In this document: one piece after another, positions 50,018-60,639 of the stretch
Numbering within the stretch: position 1 is the stretch's first letter
Layout of the letters: each line of letters starts with the position of its first letter
Assembly (NCBI GenBank): GCA_043228905.1
Contig: JBHGNT010000017.1
Location: 12,710,001 to 12,774,000 of the forward strand
Direction of reading: 5' to 3'
Length of the DNA stretch: 64,000 nucleotides
DNA from: Azolla caroliniana
Taxonomy: Eukaryota > Plantae > Polypodiophyta
Position numbers and translations under genes: made by a program
Notes under the pieces: model-generated
The model's database searches: none
Seen by the model: only the letters and a program-made list of their open reading frames with translations
Told to the model about the DNA's origin: nothing

Positions 50018-50078
50018 GTACAAATGATGAAAACTAAGCTTACTAGGTTGCTCTTTTTATAGGGAGAGGGAGGAGAGA

Positions 50079-50617
50079 CCCTTGTATGTGGGATATACAA
50101 AAGTGTGTACAAAGGGAAGGTAAAAGAGTGTACACAAGACTTTAGGTGGGGGTTAAGAGGGGTGAGAGTACTCAAAATTTTAGGTGGGGGGGAATAGGAG
50201 TGAGAGTACTCAAAACTTTAGGTGGGGGGAAAGGATGACTGTACTAGGTGGTTTCTTAGTTTTTTACCATTTAGCCAACATGTAGGGAACTATATTGTGG
50301 TTGTCCCTTGTATGTGGGACATACAAAAGTGTGTACAAAGGGAAGGTAAAAGAGTGTACACAAGACTTTAGGTGGGGGTTAAGAGGGGTGAGAGTACTCA
50401 AAACTTTAGGTGGGGGGAAATAGGGGTGAGAGTACTCAAAACTTTAGGTGGGGGGAAATAGGGGTGAGAGTACTCAAAACTTTAGGTGGGGGGAAATAGG
50501 GGTGAGAGTACTCAAAACTTTAGGTGGGGGGAAAGGATGACTGTACTAGGTGGTTTCTTAGTTTTTTACCATTTAGCCAACACGTGAGAGGGGGTGTAAG
50601 GGAACTATATTGTGGTT
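50079..50617. repeat. Partial tandem duplication (50079-50302 vs 50305-50617) containing a 38-bp G-rich tandem array
   Basis: GAGAGTACTCAAAACTTTAGGTGGGGGGAAATAGGGGT units start at 50390, 50428, 50466 and 50504. Confidence 0.9.
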
Positions 50618-50920
50618 ATCCTAGGAGAGGTTTAAGTTTGTTTCTCACGAGCGCTCCGATTTGGAGTTTTTTGATACATGGGGAGTAACGAAGCTTAAAA
50701 ACAACGGTGGAGGTTTTTTGTTGTTGGGTTGGTTAGAGAGTAGTTGGTTTCGTATAGACTAGGGGACGGTCGAAAAACACTTGAGTAGGAACTTCGACGG
50801 GTAGCCCCTAGCTCTTAGTCGGTCGTAGAACTTTTTGCGTAGTTCCTTGTAGCCATTTTCCGAGCTCTCTCGGATAGCATACCGTTTTAGTTCTCCCGTG
50901 ATGAAACCCTTTTTGTGTGC
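50520..50920 (-). pseudogene. PLE reverse transcriptase C-terminal region (stops, one frameshift), ending ...NGKKLRNHLVQSSFPPT-stop
   Basis: Manual translation continued beyond ORF 50759-50965. Confidence 0.7.
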
Positions 50921-51154
50921 TATGGCAAAGTCACATGCTAGTGCACAATATTTTGTGACCTTCATAGATGACTACAAAAGGAAATTATGGGTCTCCACAT
51001 TGAAGACAAAGGACCAAGTGAAGAGTGGAAAGAGAATCTGGACAAAAGCGGAAGGCTATCCGGACGGACAATGGAGGGGAGTACAGAGGGCAGTTTGAGG
51101 AATACAGTCGAACCCAAGGAATTCAGCTGGAAAACACTTCACCGAAGACTTGAG

Positions 51155-54100
51155 GGAATCGGACCGACCATAGACGAGTTCGCGGAGGCCTTCGCCGGAA
51201 GGTAGATTTACTCGGTCGGTGATCTGTACTCGGGGTATGACCAGTTCCGACTAGCCGTGGAGAGCAAAGACATTACGACGATGCGAACTCCCCTCGGCCT
51301 AGTGCGAATGTGTACCCTGCCACAAGGAGGGACCAACTCGGTGGCCCACATGGTAAATGCAATGAACAAGGTACTGAGGGATTGCATCCCGGACATCACC
51401 ATACCATTTCTAGACGACATCCCGATCAAGGGGTGCCTGGTGGAAGAGAAGGACGAGACACTCGGGCCGGACGGATGCCGGCGATTCGTGGCAACACACA
51501 TCGACGACTGCGAGAAGGTGCTACAAAGGCTAGAGGTTGCGAGGCTCACCTTCTCCGGGGAGAAATCGGCCTTCGGGCAATCAGAAATCCTGGTGGTCGG
51601 ACACCTATGCGGACCATATGGCCGGAAGCCGTCTCCGGCAAAAGTAGAAGCCATCTCCGCGATGAAGACCGACTGTAGCTCGGTTACGGAAGTTCGGAGG
51701 TTCCTGGGGGCGTGCGCATTCTACCACATATGGATCCCGCATTACGCCCACGTTGCGGAGCCGCTATACGGGTTGCTGAAGAAAGGGAGAAAATTCGAGT
51801 GGCGAGACGAGCACACGGAGTCGGTCCGGAAGCTGAAGGAAGCTCTTGCGGCAACACCGGCGCTCCGGAAGGCTGTCTACGAGAAGGGTACCCCGGTATA
51901 CATAACGGTGGATACGAGTCCGACCGGGATCGGATGGGTCGTCAACCAAGAAGACGAGGACGGCATTCGGTTCCCGATCCGATTCGGCACGAAGGTCCTC
52001 AGTGAGCGACAACGAGGGTACGCCCAGGTTAAACGCGAACTCTGGGGTATCGTTTCGGCAGTAAAGGCCGACAAAGACTACCTGATCGGGAAAGAAGTGA
52101 TTATCGAGACGGATTGCCTCCCGGTTCTCGGCATGGTTTCCGGATGCGTGACACCGGACCTGGCGATGCTCAGGTGGGTAGCATATATCAAGTCCCTGGA
52201 CCCGGAAATACGACACATTTCCGGAAAGGACAACGCCATGGCCGACATGCTTTCGAGGGCGAGGTTTGATGACGAGGGTGGCATGGTTTTGGAGGATGAA
52301 GAAGTCGGCATGGACTTTTTCAAGGCAGCGTACGTGACGACCGATGGGACGAGCACTCCGGCGCTTAACGGCTTCGACGAGAGCAAGTATGACGGCGAGT
52401 GGCTCCAGATCGGTGGTTTCTTAAGGACAATGACATCGGATGCGTCGTGGACGAGGGACGAGGCCAACCGGATCCAGAAGAAAGCATACCGATTCTTTCT
52501 CTGGGACGGATACTTATGGAAGTACCCGAAGAAGAGGAACGACGTCCCGCTCCGGGTGGTGGCGATGAAGGAAGAACGGGAGGAGCTGCTGACGGCCTAC
52601 CACGACAGCGCTTGGGCTGGACACCGTGGAACGTGGGCCACGTTCGAGAAGATAAAGGGGAAGTACTGGTGGCCGGGACTGTACCGGGACGTGCATCGGT
52701 TCGTGACAACTTGCGAGAGCTGTCAGATGCACTCCATAGTCCGACATCGGGATGAGCTTCACCCTATGTACCCTCCGACCATCCACTTCAAATGGATGGT
52801 AGATCTGGTGACGATGTCGATGGGGGTAGGACAGATGCGGTATCTGGTCCTGGCTCGGGAAGATCTGACGAACCAGGTGGAAGGCCAAGCCCTTCAGAAC
52901 AAAACGACCGCGGCCGTATGTCGGTTCCTGATCGAGGACGTGATATGCCGGTACGGGTGCGTCGGGAAGATCGTGGCTGATCGCGGGGAGTTGGATGCCG
53001 AAGAGGCCGAGGAGTTGTTCGACCGGCTAGGAGTCAAGCTCTCACTTACCACTGCGTACAATCCGGAGGCGAATGGGAAGGTGGAGCGCGGACACAGACC
53101 GATCGTCAAGGCATTAGTTCGGGCATGCGGAGGTCAAGTCGGGAACTGGCCGCGGCTGTTGCCTTACGCGTTGTGGGCGGACGGAACTACGCACAGTTCG
53201 GTAACCGGATTCATGCCGGCAGAGCTCATGTTTGGGCAGAAGCCGATCATGCTGATGGAACGTACGATCTCCTCATGGGCAACCGTGGACTGGAAAGACG
53301 AGATGAGCCGGGAGGAACTGTTGGCGGCGCGCATACGACAGCTCGAGCGAAGACCGGAGGACGTGGAGTAGGCTGCGGGAAAGCTTCGGGTGGCAAGGAC
53401 GAGGAACAAAGCCCAGTTCGACCGGACGCACTGGCTCCGACCAAAGAAGATCGAGGAAGGCGACTGGGTGCTAGTCTACGACAGCAGCCTCGTCAACCAG
53501 CACCGAGTGACACGGAAGTTCGCAAGAAGGTGGTTCGGGCCTTACGTGGTACAAAGCGCCAACGACAACGGGACGTACCACCTGGCGGAGCTCGACGGCA
53601 CGAGAATGGCGATACCGGTAGCTGGGAAGCGGATCAAAGCGTTCAAGAAGCGTCACGACGACGAGCCGGATCCGGTTAACCTGGACCACGACGACGAACG
53701 ATCCGAAACCGAGGAAGAACCGACGGGCGGGGAATGAAGGCTGGACCGGTTTTCTCTGTCCCAACTCAATTTGGCGCATGCCGGTGGATGCGCGGTTAGG
53801 CGGGGGCGGATGTCGTGAAGAAAACCGTCCACAAGCGGAATCTGTGCACCGGAGCGTAGGAACCGGCTCTTCATGCACGTGCGTCTTATGTAGTACATAG
53901 AAGATCCTAGGTAGGTAGATCCGGTAGGTACTTAATGGGAAACGGCTCCTTTCTTGCCTATAAAAGGAGGGAGACGAGGAGGAGTGAGGGATCGCGGTGA
54001 GAGAGGACGAAGTGCTGTCGGGTTGTGGGCCGAAGGCTTCTCTCTCTTCCATACTCCGTAGCTTCTTTCTGCACAAGGTTTCGGGAGGCTCGCGCTGCTC

Positions 54101-54430
54101 TGAGGAATGCCCAAGTGCTTCCGGCAGCACCTCCAACCTACTCCTTTCTTTTTGAGCGTTTACGAACAGGCATCGGCATCTGTTCGCTGGCCTGTTCGGT
54201 TGTGACCAACTTCGTGCTTCTTGTTGTTTGTCCTTGTTAATATATATATACATACATTCGTGTCTCTCTGCGTCGTGTCCCACTCGCGTCTTTGTGTCGA
54301 AGGGCCGTGTCCCTGTGAATCTACGCCCACTCGTAGTGGGTCCCTTCCCTTCTCCTTTGTCTCTTGCTCTTCGGTACAAGACCCCCGAGGCCCCGCCTCA
54401 TTCCATGCATCCGCGAGGAATACCTCGACA
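51155..54430 (+). mobile_element. pol: Element E: 5'-truncated copy of the D family (pol 51155-53737 with TAGs at 51202 and 53369; 3' LTR 53811-54430)
   Basis: Near-identical to 38036-41314. LTR TGTCG...CGACA is followed by GCGT. Confidence 0.95.
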
Positions 54431-56362
54431 GCGTGAATCGAGAATAAACATCCGACCCTCTCTTCGTCCACGTGCGATGAGTCAGCCCTCTTTTTCGATG
54501 AAGCAACCGCCTTGATTAAATCGAACTTGCATCCCTTGCTCTACAATTTGGCCGACGGAGACCAAATTCTTCGTAATGGCCGATACATGCAAGACATTTT
54601 TAATGTAATTTTGCTTACCTTCTTTTCCGAACAGAACATTGCCAATGTGCCGAATCGGGTGCGTAGTGTCGTCTCCGGTTTCGACATAGCCGGGTCGGTC
54701 CGGCTCTCGAAGTTCTTAGAACCATTCTTGATGCGATGTCATATGGTTTGAGGTACCGGAATCGACGAACCATACGTCTTCCGGGTGTGTTGAGGTAGCG
54801 GCTGACAGATTTTGCTCTATGTTTCATCATGAACATTCCGCCATTGTCGGAGTTGTGCGCATACATTCCGCCATGATCTTCGTACTCGGAGTTGTGCCCG
54901 TACATTTCACCACGGTAGGAGTTGTGTGCATACATTCTGCCATGATCTTCGTAGTCGGATTTGTGTGCGTAATTCGTGAGTTGTCGGCTTGTGGAAGCCG
55001 ATTCACGCATCTTCTTTCAGCACTCTTCTTTGTGGTGGCCGAGCTTTCCGCAATATCCGCATTTGGTTGCGTTTTGACGGCTCGGGCTAGAGTGGAAGCT
55101 CCCCCTTCTTGCGAAGGTTCCTCATTGGCCTCCGTTTTGCAGCCGAAATTGGGAGTTGTTGTCATAGGTCGGACCTTGTTCGCCTTGTACTTGGCCGAAT
55201 CGGCCTCTCGCTCGTCCGCGTCCTCTTCCTCCATTAGAGTGCGTGTAGAGCATGTGGCCTTCCAACTCATTGCTCCTTGTACGCACGTGGTTTTCTTCGA
55301 CCAATAGCATTGATTGGAGCTCGATAAAGGAGGGAGATTTCTCCCGTGCTAGGCCGCCGAGGCATATTTGCACCATCTCATCATCATCTATACTTACGCT
55401 TATTGAGCCGAGCAAGTCGCAAAGTTCCTTGATCTTCAAGGTGTATGTCGTGATGGACATGTCCCTTTGTTGAATGTTGTTCAACTCTTGGCATAGTTGA
55501 AGCTTCCTCGTGGTCGTGTTGGCGGCGAAAATCTTTCGTAGATTTTCCCACGCTTCCTTTAGCGTCTTGGCTTCTCGAATGTAACCGAGCATGTGGTCTT
55601 GAACACATGTCGCCATACAATACATCACGCAGCTTGCGGTTTGCTTCCATGTCGCGTATCTGGGAGCTGCTTTGGCGGGTTGATCTTCATGCGCTCCTTT
55701 GATGTAGCTCCAATAGCCTTGTCCGACAAGGTATTGGTGCATCTTGTACTCCCAAGATGTGAAGTTGTTTCGATCCAACTTCTCGGTAGGGAGAGCGCTC
55801 CCCATTTGAGTATTCATTATGTTGATTCTTCTTCTTCTTCTTCTTCTCTCTTCGAATGCGAGCTATGTAGCGAAGCTACGATAGCTATGAGCCGGTTCTT
55901 GGTCGTCGGCGTGGAGCACAACACACGAGCTCGATGAGGCAAATGGGCTAGATCGAGCTACCAAATTACTCTGATACCATGTTAAGAATCAAGAGATGGA
56001 TTCTTGTGAAGCGGAATAGGTGTGAACTGTGTGTGTATGAGAGAGAGAGAGAGAGAGAGTGAGTGAAACACAGAGAATACGCAAGGTAAAAGTATATTGA
56101 CAAAGGAGAAAGACTCAACATTGTACAAGGAGGGAGGAGGGTGCTTTATATAGTCACCCTCTCTCTTCATTAACTACATGACTCATGAAGAGTGGGGAAT
56201 GTTAAAGCTCATAAGTTATGTGTCATAGAATATGATTCTATGACTCATACTAAATGTTAGAATACAAAGTGGTGATTTAATGGTGACTCTTGACCGTTGG
56301 AGTGTCTATTCACTCTCAAGGTGAGTTCACACACTAGACCAAGTTGAGCTTGATTCTCAACA
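54431..56362 (-). mobile_element. Ty1/copia of the H-like family: 5' LTR 56362-55980, PBS 55979-55968, gag-protease remnant
   Basis: EKLDRNNFTSWEYKMHQYL; TGGTATCAGAGT; TGTTGAGAATC...TTAACA termini. Confidence 0.88.
54835..54980 (-). repeat. 30/39-bp coding repeats (HNS.YEDHGGMYA) in the copia gag-PR linker
   Basis: GGAGTTGTG..CATACATTC recurs four times. Confidence 0.7.
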
Positions 56363-56799
56363 TATGTGTGTGTGTTTTTCCGGTTAGCTTAGGTGTGGAT
56401 ATACGTGTGTGTGCGTTTCCGGTTAGCGTAGGGTTCAAGTGAGGGTGCGTGCGTGGTTGCCGAGGTAGGTGTGCCGGTAGTAACCGGGTGTATATGTGTG
56501 TATGTGACCGGGCTATGACCCGCACCTCTTTTGAGGCCCTTGTACATACGGGCAAGAGGGTCGTGTGGATACGCCCTTCTTTCTAGAGTCCGGGTTGTTT
56601 CCGAAATGCCTCCGGAACGGTTCGGATCGGTCTTCCCCAAACATATCCCGGGATTGATCCAGTTGGCAACGTGACAGACTTCGGAGGATTCGGCCTTCCG
56701 GAGACTCCTCTCCTCCTGGTCCATGACCCCGGTGGTCCCGCTCGGATCCGACATGTAGGCGCAGGATTCTGCGACAACGATAATCGGACTTAGCCATGT

Positions 56800-59700
56800 A
56801 GCTTATTTTACCGGTCTGATAAAATCGAGCCTCAGCAGCTTGTCGATTTCTTCTTTGACTCTCACTGCATAATTCGGGTTCATCTGGTACCTCCATTGCA
56901 TTATCGGTTTCGCGTCCTTGTTGAGTTGAATTTGATTGTGGTATAGTTGGGGATCCAACCCTCGCATAACTTCTTATGACCAGGCGAACACGTCTTGAAA
57001 TTCTTTGAGCTCTATTGTTGCTTTCTTTTCCTCCGAGAGCAATTCCTTTGCCACGTACACCGCTTTTGGTGCATCCTCAGTCCCAAGGTCCACCTCTTCT
57101 AGTTGAGATGCCTTCACTTGTTGAGATACCGCCATTTCTCGTTCCAACGATTCTTGTGCTTGTCGTAGTTCACGGATCGCCTCCCAATTTGGCTCCTCAT
57201 GGACTTCCTCTGAGTGCATGACGTACGGTGTGACGGCTTCGACAATATCTACTTCAAATAACGGAACTATCTTTGGGTGTTCATCTAGGTAGCGGTCGAC
57301 TTCGTCGTCTGTTGATCCATCCAACATGTTTATGCTCTTTGCATATAATGGTGGTAGCTCCTTACTGGTACCCACACGTGGGTGGGTCGAGACCCGTACC
57401 TTCATCTTTCCTCTGTAGAAGGTAATTACTAATGATGTTCCTCTGCCTATTTTGCTTTATATGTGTTGTCCTTAGCCATGGTCTCCCTAACAACAGGGGA
57501 TACGCTCCCTGTGCATTGAGTTGCAAGACTACCACAGATATCATGAAATCATGCCCACCAATTGTAATCTCCAAGTTCCGGATGAGTCCGGTTGGCCGAA
57601 CCCAACTGATATCTGCCATACGCAGCCAGAACGGCCATGGTTCCCATTCTCTGATACCTACGTTGTCGCAGGTTCGTTGGCTTATCACGTTTACTCTAGA
57701 ACATAGAGACTTTGTGCTTCAATGTATGAATACCCCTTCTTAGGAAGGAGACATATATCAAAAACACATGTATACTCTGGTCCCATAGGTCAAAATTGGC
57801 CTCTTTATGGACGATAGAAATTCCAATTCTAATTCTGATTCCGGTTATTTCTTTTCCTTTAATGATAGCTATTATTGTTGGATTACTGGTGTCCACTATT
57901 GCCGATGTCGCGAAAATACGACGAGGATACGTGAACGTTGAGGCAGGACCCCGGGGCCTTTGATTAGAGGATATCAGATTTGTGTATTTATGTACTAAGA
58001 ATTAACCGAAATGAGAAAGATTAACAAATTTCATTAACAAGTAGAAAGAAAGATTACAATCAATCCCAAGATTGGGATTACAAAAGTTTTATCTTAAGGA
58101 GATTGCTAGAATAATAGATTAGAAGAAACTAAGATATGGATTCCATGGAGATTTAGGGTTCTTGGCTTTCATAAGAGATTATGGTTATATGAGTATTACG
58201 GCTTCCGTAGGGAAGATTAACGTTTTTGAGTGTTATGGCTTCTGTAGGGAAGATTAGGGTTTACTTAAGAGATATGGCTTCGATAAGATAAGGGAGCTCC
58301 AAAGGAAAAGAAAAACAATATAATATGGAGAGTCCCAATATAGGAAAAAAATAGAATATATATGGTGTTCCCCGTTGATCATATGCATGTCTACTTTTTG
58401 TTGCATGGCCTCTACTTTTAGTTGCATAGCTTCTTCTTTTAGTTGCATGGCTTTTTCTTTTTGTTGCATGCGACCGTCCACATGACCTTTACTTTTTGCA
58501 TGCACTCCAACTTTAGTTGCTTGCGTCCACATGGCCTTTACTTTAGTTCTCTTCACTTTACTTTAGTTTGTTGCATGATCCAATCTTCCGTCCGTCTGCA
58601 TCCAACCTCGTCCGGTAGCCGGTTCCGCTCGATCACCGAATCCCTCGCCGACCGGTTCCGTTTTGCTTGCCGGCCGGTTCCGGTTCTGGTTTTGCTTGCC
58701 AGTTCCGGTTCCGGTTTTGCTTGCCGGCCGGTTCCAGTTTTGCATACAGGCCGGTTTCCGGTTTACATACCAGTTCCGGTTCCAGTTTTGCTTACCGGCC
58801 GGTTCCGGTTTGCTTGCCGGTACCGGTTCCAGTTTTGCATACCGGCCAGTTTCCGATTTGCATACCAGTTCCGGTTTTGCTTGCCGGCCAGTTCCGGTTC
58901 TGGTTTTGCTTACCGGCCAGTTTCCGATTTGCATATCGACCGGTTTCCGGATTTGCTTACCGGCCGGTTTCCGGTTTTAGGGAATTTGGCCACCATCATC
59001 CATCAAGACAAAGTGGCCAAAGTGCTCTTAGCACAAATGAATAATGAGGGAGCTCAAGGTGCTTATATAGCCAGGGCCTTAACTTTCCTATCTATGTGGG
59101 ATAGTTCTAATTTCCCTATCTTCTCAAACTTTATTTTGACATAACTTGATATGTATTTCTCCATTTTGTATATAGTAAAATACATTTTGAAGCTCTTGAG
59201 TATATCCATCTTTCTATAGTAAGATACTAATTTAATCTATAATAATTATTTCATTATTTTTTTACATAGTGTGTGAAGATTCACACGACACCGGTCCTTC
59301 CTTTGGGTTGGAAAAGAAGGCCGGTGTTGGCTCCAGGTTTTTTAGCCCTATCACCGATTGGAGTCATTCTGTAAATCAAGGGACTAACTGTAATACACGA
59401 CCTAGTGGTAGCATGATGTGACATTCTTGTAACGCTTGATAGGTTGAGTCATCATCTGTGGTTTCTATTAGTGTTCCCGAAGGTTTGAGCTGTCGTCGCA
59501 GCTCGACCGTGTTTCATTCATTGGCTTTCTCTATCCATTCGGTAGCCTGCTTTCAGATGGCCTCTTGAGTCTCCCACTCGGTAGTTTTCCCTTTAGCTCT
59601 TGTGGTGACTTGTTGAACGTCGGTCACCTCTACGGTTACCATATTCACCACCAACTGCTTTTCGTTGGTCTTGCTCGGGTAATGACTACTATAATGTCCT

Positions 59701-60480
59701 TCCTTTCAGTAGTAGTAGCAGTAAACCCTCCAGTTATTACTTGATTCTCCTTTCTCCATCATTCCCGGCTTGCTACCAGAATTTATCCAGTTGGTTTACT
59801 CCAGCCTCCGTTGCTCCGGTTCCGGGACTGGGACCGTCGTTTCTGTATTTGTCTCCCTTCGGTATTCTCTGGCCAGTTCCCAACCTTCTTCCCGACGATT
59901 CTTTTCCTTACGGTTGTGGCGATGGTGGTTCTGGTTCCCTTGGCGTTCCAGCTACCATCTATCTTAATCTGGATACTCCCGTCAATCCGGGTATCTTCTG
60001 TCATCTCTTCTTCGAGTATAATCCGGGGAGTAGTCGCGATTGTAACGCTCTCGATTGTAGTCTCCTCCTCGCCGGTAGGTGCGGTCCTCATCGTAGTCCT
60101 CTCTTCTTCTGATGTCGTATCGGTCCCTTTGTTCTAGATGATATCATTCTTCCCACCAGAACTATCCCTCTTCTGGTTTGTTCTGTGGTTCCATGTCTCA
60201 GACCGGTGCCGCTTGCCGATTGAGCAGGTTGTACTTGCACTGGTCCATGGTATGGGGCCGGGACTGGCACAACATGCACTACGTCCGCATCGTGCATTCT
60301 AACATCGAGTGACCGGGGTTGAGGCACGTTGTACATTGGACTGCCTGTGGAAACCATATTCCTCATCTTTGGGTAGCGCTCACTGTAGAGCTCCCATTGC
60401 CATGTGATTGCTATTTTGGGCACTATCCATTTCTAGCACCCGGTCGATGTCTTCATCCATGGTGCTCGTCCAGAAGTCGA
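56800..60480 (-). mobile_element. Element G: degenerate B-family gypsy gag-PR-start of RT, interrupted by a solo LTR
   Basis: VKASQLEEVDL...EFQDVFAWS; WPFWLRMAD; YPLLLGRPWL; MDTSNPTI. Collinear with ~7930-9930. Confidence 0.88.
57906..59290 (-). mobile_element. Solo LTR (~1.39 kb, TGTCG...CGACA) with 4-bp TSD CCGA/CCGG
   Basis: Removing it restores the host PKEGP|AIVDT, matching element B's PEEGPTVVDT. ~22-bp CCGGTT subrepeats at 58650-58980. Confidence 0.88.
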
Positions 60481-60639
60481 ATATTGTTAGCATCGTTCTT
60501 TGATATTATGAACGGCCACCACGAAAAGGCGTACTCATACTATTTAAAGATTACCACGCAACGTACTCATACTATAATCGTACACGACGTGTATGTGCGG
60601 GAATCAAGAAAAGGCAACAGGAACAATGGGGATACAAAA

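Larger units (their letters stand above)
49090..50920 (-). mobile_element. 5'-truncated Penelope-like retroelement (RT thumb/C-terminus, partial tandem duplication, hammerhead, AT-rich tail)
   Basis: KKGFITGELKRYAIRESS...FYDRLRARGYPSKFL matches the PLE RT-thumb pattern, and a hammerhead lies downstream on the same strand. Confidence 0.75.
47339..51154 (+). mobile_element. Degenerate Ty1/copia of the F-like family (partial LTR, eroded PBS ~47666, gag-PR, start of IN), interrupted by a Penelope-like element
   Basis: LLLGSLLDSWETLV; WVVDLGASFHL; coding resumes with AQYFVTFIDDY at ~50940. Confidence 0.85.

Noticed and set aside
58443-59144. 233-aa and overlapping low-complexity ORFs
   Set aside because: Translations of the CCGGTT-rich LTR subrepeats.
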